The notes under the pieces: generated by a model
The model's database searches: none
What the model saw: the letters and a program-made list of their open reading frames with translations, nothing else
What the model was told of the DNA's origin: nothing
Translations under genes and position numbers: made by a program
Assembly: GCF_009914755.1 (NCBI RefSeq)
Contig: NC_060930.1
DNA from: the human T2T-CHM13v2.0 reference genome, Homo sapiens
Reading direction: 5' to 3' (one strand)
DNA length: 64,000 nucleotides
Shown here: positions 37,086-50,945 of the stretch, one piece after another
Layout: the number at the start of each line of letters is the position of its first letter
Position numbering within the stretch: position 1 is the first letter of the stretch

Positions 37086-37213
37086 TTGATACTTAGTTTT
37101 AGACAAGAAAACTGATGTCTGAGAAGGTAAGTAACTTGCTCATGGTCTGTGAGGAAAAGTAGGATTTAGACTCAGATAATGTATCCCTGGAGCTGGAGTT
37201 CTTAGCCATTAAT
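36910..37213 (-). mobile_element. MIR SINE interrupted by a GATA/GACA STR
   Basis: agctaacatttattaaatgcttactacatgcctggaactgttcta...[STR]...agacaagaaaactgatgtctgagaaggtaagtaacttgctcatggtc. Confidence 0.8.
37012..37090. repeat. Compound (GATA)n(GACA)n STR
   Basis: Read directly. Confidence 0.95.
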
Positions 37214-37597
37214 CTAGACTTCCAAGCAAATTAGCTAATAGTAGCCTGGGACATGCAAAGTTAGCATGAAGTAATTAACAACAGAGACCCCACATCTGTT
37301 GCACCCCCACTTGCTTGTGCTGTTCATGGGAGGAGCAAGATTTCTAGATGAAATGACTTAATTGTTCAACAGGCAGTAGATGGTGATTCAAAGCAAAGAC
37401 AAGTTTTAAGTCAACGTTCCCAATCAGGACATAATCCTACATAACACATTCTGCTGAGTCCCTTGTGGCAGAGAATACAGAGAGTAAATCAGCGCCATTC
37501 AGGGGGCTCAGCACTGAGAGTGGACCTGAAGCCCCCCTGTCTAGGAGAGATGCTTTAGGGTGACTGCTGTGTACCCAGCCCTTTCAGCACATATTAG

Positions 37598-38323
<726 letters not shown>

Positions 38324-39799
38324 ATTAGAATACAAACACCTTGACAGAAAACAGCTACTAAAACGGCATATCTAAGGGATTTTGAATATGCACCTATGCA
38401 AAGGCTAGAGATGTTCTCCAAGTCTATAAGGGCCCTGAAACTTCAGTGTATTGAGCATGTGTGGGGTGGCAGAGGGAAAGATCAGGGGAACATGAAAGAG
38501 ACTGAACTGGACAAGAAGCGATGATTTTCCTGCATCAGTCAGGCAGAAACTGAGGAAAAGCAACAACTCATGCATTATTATTAGGAGCAGGTGCACCCAA
38601 GCATATCTAACATCTGTAAAGAGACACCTCTGTCATTCTTAATCCAGAAAACAGGTTGTATCATGTTCAATAAGTGCTTTCTTTTCTTCAGGGGAAATCA
38701 GGCCTCCTCACATTTTTTAAAATGGTCTGGACTGGGTAGACTCTGCCTGTATAATTACAGTCAAAAGGTCAAAATTGTAGTGTCTCTTGTGGATAAGTCC
38801 AAGTTTTTTATAGACAGTTGCTCTATTCAGGCTAGATTGAATATCCCCAGCCAAAACCTTTACTATTTAAAGATTTAAACAAGCATGAGCCACAGGCAAA
38901 GGTAAGCTGCTTTGTGACTCAGCAAACTGGTCCAAGTGTTCTCATCTCTGCTTCTGGAATCCAGATTTCTCAGGTTTAGAAAAGTCCTAATTAGCTGAAC
39001 TTAATAACGTTTACACAAATCTCCACTGCTGTGTAAGCCTCTTACAGCCTGAGGACAGAACATAATCTTACATAATCACTAATCTTATCCTACAATGGGC
39101 CTCCATCTCATTAGATGCAATTGCCCTGTGTTGGTGGCCTGGCAGAAGGCAGGCGCTTGCTCTGTGTGAAGATTCCAGCCAGAGCCTGAATTATGTGAGC
39201 TGCTGGAAAGATACCTTGGGAAAACAGCATAACCACTTCCATAATTCTCTCCCAGACTCAGTCACATAGGCCAGGATTATTTACTGAGGAGTAAGATTTG
39301 GACCCATTTTCCCCTTGACTTACTTGTAAATACTCTGGGTGTCTTCAGAGATTCTTTTTGTCTACACCTTCCTGGACACCTCCACTTGCTGTGATCCACC
39401 ACCTGTGTCATCAGGATTCAGTGGCTTTGATGCCATATGGGGAGCTTGGGCCAAGGCATGACTAGGATTCTGGTCTCCTGCACTGAATGTGTACAGGTGT
39501 TCCAGTCCAAGCCTCAAGCTTAGAGGAACATATCCACTGTTTACCAAGCCCCAGCACTTCCCATTCTGTAGACTATAAGGGCCATAGACAAAGAGACACA
39601 AGTTTACAGAAGTATTTTCCATCATTATGAATATCATAAGGTATTTTTGGCATTCACTTTATTCCAAAAGAGAATCTCATTAGAACATTCCTTACTTTAA
39701 TGAGGTCAAAAAGGAAAGCAGAATGGGCCTTATTTTTCACATAAATTTATACATCAAATAGTCAGAGGACTAGAAAGAGCCTCAACTCTACTCAGTCCC

Positions 39800-40297
39800 C
39801 TTGCAGGCTTAGGAGCTCCAAGGCAGGCCCAATGACCCCACCTACCATCACTGCACTGTGGCAGAAGTCATGGTGAGTCACTTCTGAAATTAGGTTACAG
39901 AAGACATTGTGATTCCATCTTCTCTCTTTCTGTCTCTCTCTTTCACACAGACACACACATGCATGCGCACACACACACACACACACACACACCTTTTCTC
40001 AGATCACTCATTCTAGGGAAAGCCAGATGCCAGGTGATAAGCAGCCCCAGCCCCATGGAGAGGCCCACATGGTAAGCAACTGTGGCTCCTGCCAATAGCC
40101 CCGGGATCTTCCAGCCCCCTCAGGTCTTCAGGTGACTGAAGTCTCAGCCAACAGCTTGCCTGCTCATGAGAAACTGAGCCAGAAGTGCCCAGCTATACCC
40201 AGAACCCCACCCTCACAAAACGTGACAGATAATTCATGGGCATTGTCTTCAGCTGCTAGGTTTTAGAGCAATGAGGTACCAACAGACACCTCGTACA
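39800..40297 (+). mobile_element. MLT1F-like LTR containing a CT/CA microsatellite
   Basis: tggcagaagtcatggtgagtcacttctgaaattaggtta...atggagaggcccacatgg...cagctgctaggttttagagcaat. Confidence 0.75.
39943..39992. repeat. (CA)n microsatellite
   Basis: Read directly. Confidence 0.9.
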
Positions 40298-41652
40298 CCA
40301 AGCTTATGGGGAGTATAAGCAAGCCATCATCACACTCCATGTCACGCAGCATTTGCCCAATTAACTTTGCCACTTTGATCTCCTTCACTCATTGTTCCCT
40401 GCCCAAATCCAAGAGTTCTGGGGGCCAAAGCATTAAGAAATATTAACGGTTGGTATTCTCCAGACACCTAAGATTACCTGGCAAAATGTATTGAATTGCC
40501 ATATTAAATTCTTCTTTCTAATTTATATGTTTCTATAAATAGGATACCTCGCTTTTCAAAACAACCCAGCATTTGAACAGGTTTTAGTTAAGCACACCAG
40601 AACAGAACCAAAAAGACTGAAATTCTGCCACCTAAATATAATTCCAGAAACAGTAATTCCTAGATTGATGATGATATGGAACTAGACTTAAGACTTAAGG
40701 AGAACTACTAGACTTTATTTTAGCTTATTCCTCTTGTGTAGAAAATACTAGATAAGAGCCTTCCTCCAGAGGGTTGCATCTCACTCAAGTGATTAGTTAA
40801 GCTTATTCCTACTTTTGATATTCTTTGCTATGAAAACTCAACTGATAAGCCAAGATCTGAGAATTGGGGATAAACTAAAACCAGCATTAAGTCTTCAGTC
40901 AAGAGCTAACTCTCCTTCTCCATCTTAAGAATATAAAACAAAATAAAATCTAGCCAAAATGCTTAAAATTAACCCTGTGCCATAAGAAATGGCAGTGTTG
41001 GCCTGCCACAACTAGAATGGCCTCAATGTGGCCATGTGGGGCCGCTTCTCCCAGCCAGGGTCTGTGTGCCTGCTTCTCTTTCACTGCTGCTCCTAGATGA
41101 TGCCATATGAATGTCCTAATTATAAAATCTATGTAGGTCAGCACGCATTAAAACCCTTGTCTTTCTGGCTGGCCAGCATGTTCATTCTGTCACAGAAAAG
41201 AGATCAGACTAATTTGACAAGTCTTATTTTTCACAAAACTATAACATTTGTGGAGGCTTTTAAACTCAATACTGATGTTTACAGACACAAAATTTTACCC
41301 ATTTTTAACATTATAAATATATAAAATCTAAGGTAGCAAAAGGTGGGGCAGAGATGGTACTTTTATGGCATGAATATAATGACCACATGATTTTTAAGAA
41401 TTTTTCATTTTTATGCCTGGACTAGAAACAAAAGTTATTTTATACACAGATGATAGAGTTTTCTCCTCAAAGTGTGATGGGCTATATTAGAATCACCAGC
41501 ATCATATCCTTCTAAAGAGAAAAAAAAATAACAGCAAGAACATGTTTGTCTAGGCCCCTCTGTTTTCTATGGTGACTAACAATTTCATCTTCAGAAAGTG
41601 CCTATAATTTGTAGGGTCTGTATTATTTCAGAACCTCAGCACATACTAACTA

Positions 41653-42080
41653 CAACTGGCCCTTGAACAATGTGGAGTTAGGGATGCCAACCTCCCACAC
41701 ACCGTCAAAAATTCACATATAAGTTTTGATTCCCCCAAAGTTAACTATTAATAGCCTACAGTTGACTGGAAGCCTTGCCTTTAATATAAACAACAAATTA
41801 ATGCATATTTTATATGTTACATGTATTTTATACTATATTCTTACCATAAAGTAAGCTAGAGTAAAGAACAGGTTTTAAAAGTCATAAGGAAGAGAAAAGT
41901 GTTTGCGATTCATGAAGTGAAGGTGTATCATCATAAAGGTCTTTATCCCCATCATCCTCACGTTGAGTAGGCTGAAGAGGAGGAGTTGGTCTTGCTGTGT
42001 CAGGAGTGGCAGGGGCAGAACACACACTGAACGTAAGTGCGCCCGTGCAATTCAAACCTCTGTTGTTCAAGTGTCGACTG
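41653..42080. mobile_element. Tigger2a (MER28) non-autonomous TcMar-Tigger element, complete
   Basis: TIRs caactggcccttgaacaa / ttgttcaagtgtcgactg, TA on both flanks; internal aatagcctacagttgactggaagcctt, cacgttgagtaggctgaagaggagg. Confidence 0.9.
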
Positions 42081-42544
42081 TATTTTAAAGCTACTAAAAT
42101 AACCTTGTGAGATGCTGGCTCTGTGGCCACTGTGCTGTTTGCTACACAAAAGCAATCTCAGTCTGTACCTCACACAGTTGTTCTATTCTGATGTTCCTTA
42201 TTTGAAATTGGATAATCTCAGTATCCTTTCAGAAATGCAACCATTGAATGAACTGTGGACTACTTCATGTCTTAGGATTCTCCTTGTCTTTGAGTCCCTG
42301 TGGCTTCACATGAACCAAATTTTGCCAAGCTCATGCCTCCAATCTCTGCTTCATTTCAGAAATTCACTGAGTCAGTGGCATGATTGTCAGCTTTGGTGAG
42401 CTGGTGGGGAAATGAAGATGGTAATGCATGTAATGTATGAATTAGGAAACCATCAGATATTAGATACTTTGGACATGATAGCTAAGAAATGAAAAAATAA
42501 TACCTTCACAGAGAAAGTTGGAAATGGACAGGAAAAATCATACA

Positions 42545-43337
42545 CAGTAGGTCCTCAAATAATGGTGTTTCTTCAACATCCTTTTGTTATAACATTGATG
42601 ATAAAGGAAATTGATTCTTGGCTGGGGCCTCTGTATGGAGTGAACACATTCTCCCCAGGTCTGCGTGGGATTTCCTCCAGGTACTCTGGTTTCCCTCCAC
42701 ATCCCAAAGGTGTGCCCATGAGATGAATTCGCAAGTCTACATGGTCCCTGTCGGGGTGGGGGAGGGTGTATGTGGATGGCCCTATGCTGCTGAGATAAGT
42801 TCTGGCCACCTATGACCCTGAATTGGAATAAGCAGGCTGAAAAATGAATGGATGAATGAAGTGAAACTATTGTCAATGAAAATTCATATAAAGTATATGA
42901 TAATCATACAAATGCATGGTAATAAATGATCACATGGTGATCCTGACATGTTTGTGATTGTTAGCTTTTGAACTGTGTGGTGGTCGGTGCTTCTTATGAA
43001 TTTTGATTTACAAACATTTATTCTTTGGTTTAACCCACGACCACTATGACCGCTGTTACTCACTGCTTCACAGAAAATGAGGTAAATGTGTATCTTGCTT
43101 ATTTTTATTAATTTTTCTTAAATGTATGCATAGGTTACAGGTTTGTTAATGTCTAATATTAGAAGAGTTTGGGGTTTTACTTAGAAGTTTGGTGAAGTTT
43201 TGTACCCAGAAATATGCTGTAAAAACTTAATTCTTGTTGGTAAAAATTAGCCTATGATAAATTGGTTTTTTCTACGTGGTTTTGCTTAAAGTTGCAGTTC
43301 CGAGAACCTATTGACAGCATTAAACGAGGACTTAGTG
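42545..43337. mobile_element. MER6 TcMar-Tigger element, near full length
   Basis: Ends cagtaggtcctcaaataa / ttaaacgaggacttagtg-TA; internal ttctccccaggtctgcgtgggatttcctccaggtactctggtttccctccacatcccaaag. Confidence 0.85.
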
Positions 43338-44245
43338 TATGTACTTACTGTTTTCCCAGTGTAAATGATACTGGACTTTTGGACCTGCTATCAACTACCT
43401 TTGTTTTCTTAGAAAACTCACTTCGCATCACTGAAAACCATCTTCCTCATTTTTGCAGTGCTGTCAGTCAATTTGCTCTCAAAAATGTGTAATGGTTTCT
43501 ACGGACAGGTCTGAGAGCTGACAAATGATGGATAATCTATCTCTGGTCTTTTTATGGAAGAAAAGCAGCAGTGAATCCACTTTTCTCCCACTTTTTAGTG
43601 CTCTCTACTTCATGCCCTGCCATTTCCATAAAGATCTACCTTACTGGCCCAGAACTAAGCTCGGCCCACCGTGACATTATTAATATTAAAACAGACCCTC
43701 TTCCAATTAGCACAGCACATTGACAAAGCATTTGTGGGGCTGCTCCATGGCATTGCATCAAAAATCCTATCTATGCAAATTTATAAACCGATTGACAAGA
43801 CACTTTGTCTAACAGGTTCGTTATTTGTGTCCGGAGCAGTCAGCTGAAAAGGTGCATTGTGAAAGCTCCATTGAGACGCCTCAGGCTCCTCAAAGTGGGC
43901 AGCTTTTTTTTTTTTATGGAGCACCGCACACAGATGAGTAATGACCGATCTGAAGTGAACCAAGTGAGGTCATGTTCGCCGCAACCTGGGTCTGTCAACC
44001 AGCTGCTAAAACCATGGGTTGCATGTCGCTCCTAGCACCAAGCAAATTGGATGGGCCTATTGGCTGTGTGTGATCTGGAGTCCTCAAATGAAGGGTGACG
44101 ATGAGAACATGACGCCATGCTCTGCGGTGTCCAATCTCTACAGGTGCACCATCACCACGCAATTCAATAAAGTCTTTTGCATAAAAAGATACATATGAAG
44201 ATGATGTTGGGAATGTTGTGGTTTGTGACATACAAAGATGAAACA

Positions 44246-44550
<305 letters not shown>

Positions 44551-45795
44551 TGATGAAATACAAACTATCATCTGTCAGTTGGAAAGTTCAGAGAATTATG
44601 GGTTCTTAAGCGGAAAACACCTCGCTTCATGAATCTGCATAAAATCCAGATTCAAAGGTTGCTCACCAGACAACTGGGCCAGAATCGTTAGGGCACGGCA
44701 CAGGACAAGCTCCCTGGTTAGCATGTTAATCTGAGGGTCTGGGAAACAGTCTTAGAGAAGAGGAAAGGTGAGTTCCCGAGATGTTTTCCACCCAATAATC
44801 ATTAATCAAGCAGCAGAAGTAAAGCCACAATGAAGGTCTCCTGATCTCAAACAAGTGGCTCTTGTTACTATTTTCTAGCAAACAGTGAACTGAAAGCCAT
44901 GTGGGCCAACCACTCTCTCCTAGATATTCTAAAACGCATTCCAAGACCTCAAAAATCCAGCAAAATACCGGGTACCAATATCAACTTTTTCCACCATAGA
45001 ATTACTCATACAAAATTGTCATAAAAAGACATAAGCTTCTATTGATTATTTTTTAAAATAAACAACTTGGTGGAAACTATTGCACTTCTAGGCTTCCCAG
45101 TAAGTAGACATCTATTCCCAATGCAAGATCTGAGCCAATTGAGAAATAAACAAAGAAGCAAATAGGTAGAAATCCAACATATCATATTTTAACTGATAAA
45201 ATAATATTAAAGACTCTTCAGGCCATAGGATTACTAAGTTAAATTCACAGAATCAAGAGATGAACCCAACCAGCCATAGACAATAATGACCTGGAAGCCT
45301 TTCCCATTATTTTTTGTTGCAATGGGGGTTCCTATATAAGGGCTATCAACTTAGAGGAGCAAAGGAAAGAGTGTGTCCAGCAAGCTGCCCACTCGCAAAG
45401 AGGAAACTGTGCCTTCCTTCACAAATTCTGCCTTCTACCAAATTGCAAGGCAACTAAGGGCATGGGGACACCAGGAGTGTTTCTGTGAAAAAGCGTCCTC
45501 CACATGGAGGGAAACTTCAGAAGTGGAAGATAAATATTCCTTGTAACAAAACTCAGTTACTATCCCAAAAATATTGTTGAGAACTTTGTTCATTGCATTA
45601 CATAGAATATAATTCTTTATGAAAATATCTGTAGTAAATTCTTACCTGATATTAGCACCAGATCAGTTTCAATTATAAATAATATGAACATATATATTGA
45701 AAAAAGAGGGAGAGAGAGAATTTGTCATATGAGCTGCCAGAATGTCTTAAAACTCACTCATAAAATGTATTCAGGCCTTAATAAATACACTTTTT

Positions 45796-46224
<429 letters not shown>

Positions 46225-46857
46225 TTATCTACCCTTGACAGCTACTTGAAATGTTTTTAGTGACGAGGTGAAATACAAAATAAATAAATACTGAATTAAC
46301 CTTCTAAAGCATCTCTACCGTGACCAATAATCCAGCGAAGAGCATTTTCTAAGTGCTCAGGCACACAACGAAAGCGTTTCATCTTAAGAGCTCTAATTTT
46401 CATTCAAAATCAAAGCAAACATGGAACCTTTCCTTCTGTAGTGAAATCATCATTGCACAAGGTAACCACTCTCCACTCTTCACATCCAAGATGTATGAGT
46501 CTGACATATCTTTCCCCAGCTCAGAGGTCTTTTGTGATGCCAGATGCCGATAAGGAACTTGTGCCTGGTGTTCACAGGCAGCACAACGCAACATGCCCTC
46601 CGCTGAACTGGCTGCTTCCACCTTAATCTCTTCCCACAAAATTCCCTTTTTAGTGATCGTGAAATACACCTGCCATGCACCCTGCAGAGAAACTTGGGTC
46701 ATTGTCCCAGAATTTTCATGATTCCCCACCCCTGAATGCTGTAAATAAGCATAAGTAAACAGCTGTGTCAACACAACCTAGGTAAGTTTTCAAAAATAAA
46801 AATGACAAGCTCTCCTCCTCTGTGTTTTAAATAAGACTCTCCTAAGATGAGTACAGC

Positions 46858-46930
46858 AGAGAGCATTTCTTAATGGTCTCCTGAAGTTTTGATGCAATTG
46901 GTCTAGGACCATGTCTGGGAACCACTGCTA
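46858..46930. mobile_element. MER5A terminal fragment
   Basis: gcatttcttaatggtctcctgaagttttgatgcaattggtctaggaccatgtctgggaaccactg. Confidence 0.6.
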
Positions 46931-46974
46931 TAGGCATCTGGCTTGTCATTTTTAATTAAAAAATTAATACAAGC

Positions 46975-47092
46975 CCCTGAGTATTTTTCATGTACATAAT
47001 CATATTACCTGCAAATAAAGGGCTGTTTTCATTTCTTCAAAATCTATATGGATGTATTTCTTTTTCCTGCCTTATTGAGTTTAGCAGTATCT
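46975..47092 (-). mobile_element. L1 ORF2 RT-core fragment, antisense
   Basis: Reverse complement reads ...aataaggcaggaaaaagaaat...tttatttgcaggtaatatgattatgtac (decayed LFADDMI region). Confidence 0.6.
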
Positions 47093-47094
47093 CA

Positions 47095-48150
47095 AGAAAG
47101 ACAGTCTACAAAAATGAAATATACTTCTGTATTTTACCAATAAATAGGAAATTTCAGTTTGAAAAAAATGGCAATTACAATAAATCTCAAGATATGAAAT
47201 ACTTAGGGATACATTTATGAAAATATATTTAGGATCTATACACTAAAAACTATGTAACACTGATAAGAGTAATTAAAGCACTAAGTCAAAAAGAAATATT
47301 CCATATTAATGGGTTGGAAGCCTCAACATTGTTAAGTGGACAGTTCTCCCAAAGTTGATATATGAATTCAATATAACCAAAATAAAAATCTCAGCAGATA
47401 GCTGCATATAAACGGACAAGCTGCTTCTAAAATTTGCCAAAATACAAGGGACCTCCAATAGCCAAAGCAATTTTGTACAATATCAAAGGTGGAGTACTCA
47501 CACAAACTGATTTCAAGACTTATATAAAGCTAGAGTAATCAAGAAAGTGTGGTATTAACATAAAGATAGATCAATGGAATGGAATAGAGTGTAGACAACA
47601 GATATTCAACAAAGTTGCCATGGCTATTCAATGGAAAAGTACAGTCTCTTCAACAAATGGTGCTAGAATGATTGTACATCCATAGACCAAACAAAAATTA
47701 AACACCTTAAAAAAAAACTCAATCCTTTCCTCTCACTATCACATGATTAATTCAAAACAGTGATCAATCCAATTGTAAAATGGAACTATAAAAAATCTGA
47801 AGAAAAACATTAGATTAGGCAAAGATTTCTTAGAAAACACAAAAAAGCATAAATAAAAAAAGAAAGAAAATGGATAACTGAAAAAGTTTGCTCTTCAAAA
47901 GACACTCTTAAGAAAATAAAAGACAAGCACAAATGGGAAGAAGATATTTTCAAAACCTGTATCTAGTAAAGGACTTATATCCAAAATATTTTTTAAAGTG
48001 TTACAAAAATTCCATAATAAGAAAAATAAAAATCCCAATATGAAGTAAGCTAAAGATCTGAACAGACATTTCACTAAATAAGAGATAAATGAAGGTGGCA
48101 AATAAGCACATGAAAAGATGCTCAACATCATTAGCCATTAGTTAAATCGA
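47095..48150 (+). mobile_element. Old L1M ORF2 3' fragment
   Basis: aaatacttagggatacattt, ctcaacattgttaagtggacagttctcccaaag, cagtctcttcaacaaatggtgctagaa, gcacatgaaaagatgctcaacatcattagcc. Confidence 0.85.
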
Positions 48151-48154
48151 ATTT

Positions 48155-49400
48155 TGACTGAAGATTGCTATAGCTATTCAGGGTCTTTAGTGGCTTCATA
48201 TAAATATTAGGATTTCTTTCCGATTTCTTTTTTTAAATTATTATACTTTAAGTTCTGGAATACATGTGCAGAATGTGCAGGTTTGTTACATAGGTATACA
48301 CATGCCATGGTGGTTTGCTGCACCCATCAACCCCTCACCTATATTAGGTATTTCTCCTAATGCTATCCCTCCCCTAACCCCCCACCCCCTGACAGACCCC
48401 AGTGTGCAATGTTCCCCTCCCTGTGTCCATTTGTTCTCATTGTTCAACTCCCACTTATGAGTGAGAACATGTGGTGTTTTGTTTTCTGTTCCTGTGTTAG
48501 TTTGCTGAGAATGATGGTTTCCAGCTTCATCCATATCCCTGCAAAGGATATGAACCCATCCTTTTTTATGGCTGCATTGTATTCCATGGTGTATATGTGC
48601 CATATTTTCTTTATCCAGTCTATAATTGATGGGTATATTTGGGTTGGTTCCAAGTCTTTGCTATTGTGAATAGTCCTGCAATAAATTTATTTCCAATTTA
48701 TGTAAAAAATGTCATTAGTATTTTTATGAATGTTGCATTGAATCTATAAATCTCTTTAAGTAATATGAACATTTAAAAAATATTAATTTTTCTAATGAAC
48801 ACAGGATATGTTTCCAATCATTTGTGTCTTCTTCTATTCCTTTCATCAGTGTTTTATAGTTTATAGTGTACAAATCTTTCAACTCATTGCTTACATTTAT
48901 TCTTAAGTATTTTATATTATTTTTCGGATGCTATTGTAAATGGGATAGTATTCTTGATTTCTTTTTGGATAGTCCATTATCAGTGTACAGAAATGCTACT
49001 GAATTTGTAGGTTGATTTTATATTCTACAACTTTGCTTATTAGTTATTAATAATTTACTTATTAGTTATAACAGTTTTTGGTGGAATTTTTCAGGTTTTC
49101 TATACTTATGTATACTTATGTTGTCTGCAAATATAGAAAATCTATCACTTTCCAATGTGGGTGATTTTCTTTCTTTTTCTTGCCTAATTGCTCTAGCTAT
49201 GGCTTCTAGCACTATGTTGAATAGAAGTTGAGAGAGTAAACATCCTCATCTTGTTCCTGATCTTAGAGGAAAAGCTTTCTGCTTTTCACTATTGAGTATG
49301 ATGTGGACCTGTAATATATGGCTTTTATTGTGTGAGGCACATGTCTTCTATACCTAATTTCCTGACTTTTATCATGAAAGGATGTTGAGTTTATCAGTAA
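48155..49400 (-). mobile_element. L1MA/MB ORF2 fragment, antisense, interrupted by L1PA7-like insert
   Basis: gctattcagggtctttagtgg, tgcctaattgctctagctatggcttctagcactatgttgaatag, cttgttcctgatcttagaggaaaagcttt. Confidence 0.85.
48227..48684 (-). mobile_element. 5'-truncated L1PA7-like 3' end (about 460 bp)
   Basis: ttattatactttaagttctggaatacatgtgcagaatgtgcaggtttgttacataggtatacacatgccatggtgg; about 15-bp TSD atttctttccgattt / atttatttccaattt. Confidence 0.92.
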
Positions 49401-49414
49401 CTTTTAAGCCAACC

Positions 49415-50945
49415 CACTAAAATAAGGAAAGAATAGACTTTCAACAAATGGTTCTAAGACAACTGAATATCCTTGTGCAAAAGAATGAAGTTGGACCCCT
49501 TACTTGCATCATACACATAAGGAGTAAATTTGTATGACCTTGATTTAAGCAAAGCCTTCATGTATATGACACAAGCAACAAAGCACTATAGATGGACCTC
49601 ATCAAAATTAAAAACTTTTTTTCATCAAATAATACCATCGAAAAGGGGAAAAGATAACTCAGAGAATGGGAGAAAATGTTTGCAAACCATATATGTGATA
49701 AGGAATGTGTATGTAAAACATATAAAGAACTCTTACAACTCGATAATAAAAAGACAAACAGCCCAATTAAAAATAGGCAAGGGATCTGAATAGACATTTC
49801 TTTAAAAATACATACACAATACATACATGGTCAGTAAGCACATAAAAAGATGCTGAATATCATTGGTCACTAGGGAAGTGCAAATCAAAACCATAATGAG
49901 GCACTACTTCACACCCACTAGGATGGACAAAATAAAAAAATACAGACAATAACAAGTGCCGATGAGGATGTTCAACCCATACCCATTATTTGTGGGATTG
50001 TAAAATGGTGCAGCGGCTTACCAAAACAGTTTGGCAGTTCCTAAAAATGTTAAACATAGGCTAACCATTGAATCCAACTGTCTCAGTCTGGTTTGTGCCG
50101 CTACAGCAAATTATCTGAGGCTGGGCAATTAATCATGAACAGAAATGTATTTGCTTACAGTTCTAGAAGCTAGAAATTTCAATATCAAGGTACCAGCTCT
50201 GGTAAAGGCCTTGTTGGCTACATACATCATCGCATGCTGGAAGACAAGAAGGCAAGAAAGGGCAAAAAATCAAAGTCACAGCCCCAAGCTCTTTTCGTAA
50301 CCCACATTAATCCATTATTGAGGGCTGAGCTCTCAAGACCCAAATACTTCCCCTTTGACCCCACTTCCCAATGCTGTTGCATGGGGTATTAAATTTCCAA
50401 CATGTGCTTTTTGGGGGACATATTTAAGTCACAGTACCAACTATTCCACCCCCAAATATATACCCAAAAGAAATAAACATATGTCTACACAGAAAAGTGT
50501 ACATAAATGTTCAAAGCAGTATTCATTATAATATCCAAAAAGTGGAAATAATTCTAAGTGGTAACATGTATGCAATGGAATATAATTTAGCAATAAAAGG
50601 CATGAAGCACTGATACATGCTACGACCTGGATGGACCCTGAACACATTACGCTAACTGAAAGCAGCCCGTCACAAAAGACCACGTACCAGATGATTCCAT
50701 TTATGTGAAATATAAAGAGTAGGTAGATCCACAGAGAGGGAAACGGTGTACCAAAGGTTAGGGGGGTGGTTCATGGGAGTTGCTGCTAATGAGCATAGGG
50801 TTTGGGTGGGGGCCAACGAAAATGCTCTAAAATTAGATTGTAGCGATAGTTGCATAACTCATGAGTACACTAAAATGTTTTATTGTACACTTTAAATGAG
50901 TGAGTTGCATGGTATATGGATTATATCTTATTATAACTATAGAAA
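49415..50945 (+). mobile_element. L1MB-like 3' portion, interrupted by an MST LTR
   Basis: ctttcaacaaatggttct, gaactcttacaactcgataataaaaagacaaac, 3'UTR gatacatgctacgacctggatgg...aatgctctaaaattagattgtagcgatagttgc. Confidence 0.88.
50079..50436 (-). mobile_element. MSTC/MSTD-like MaLR solo LTR
   Basis: tgtctcagtctggtttgtgccgctac...ttgggggacatatttaagtcacagta; perfect 5-bp TSD ccaac (50074-50078, 50437-50441). Confidence 0.85.
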
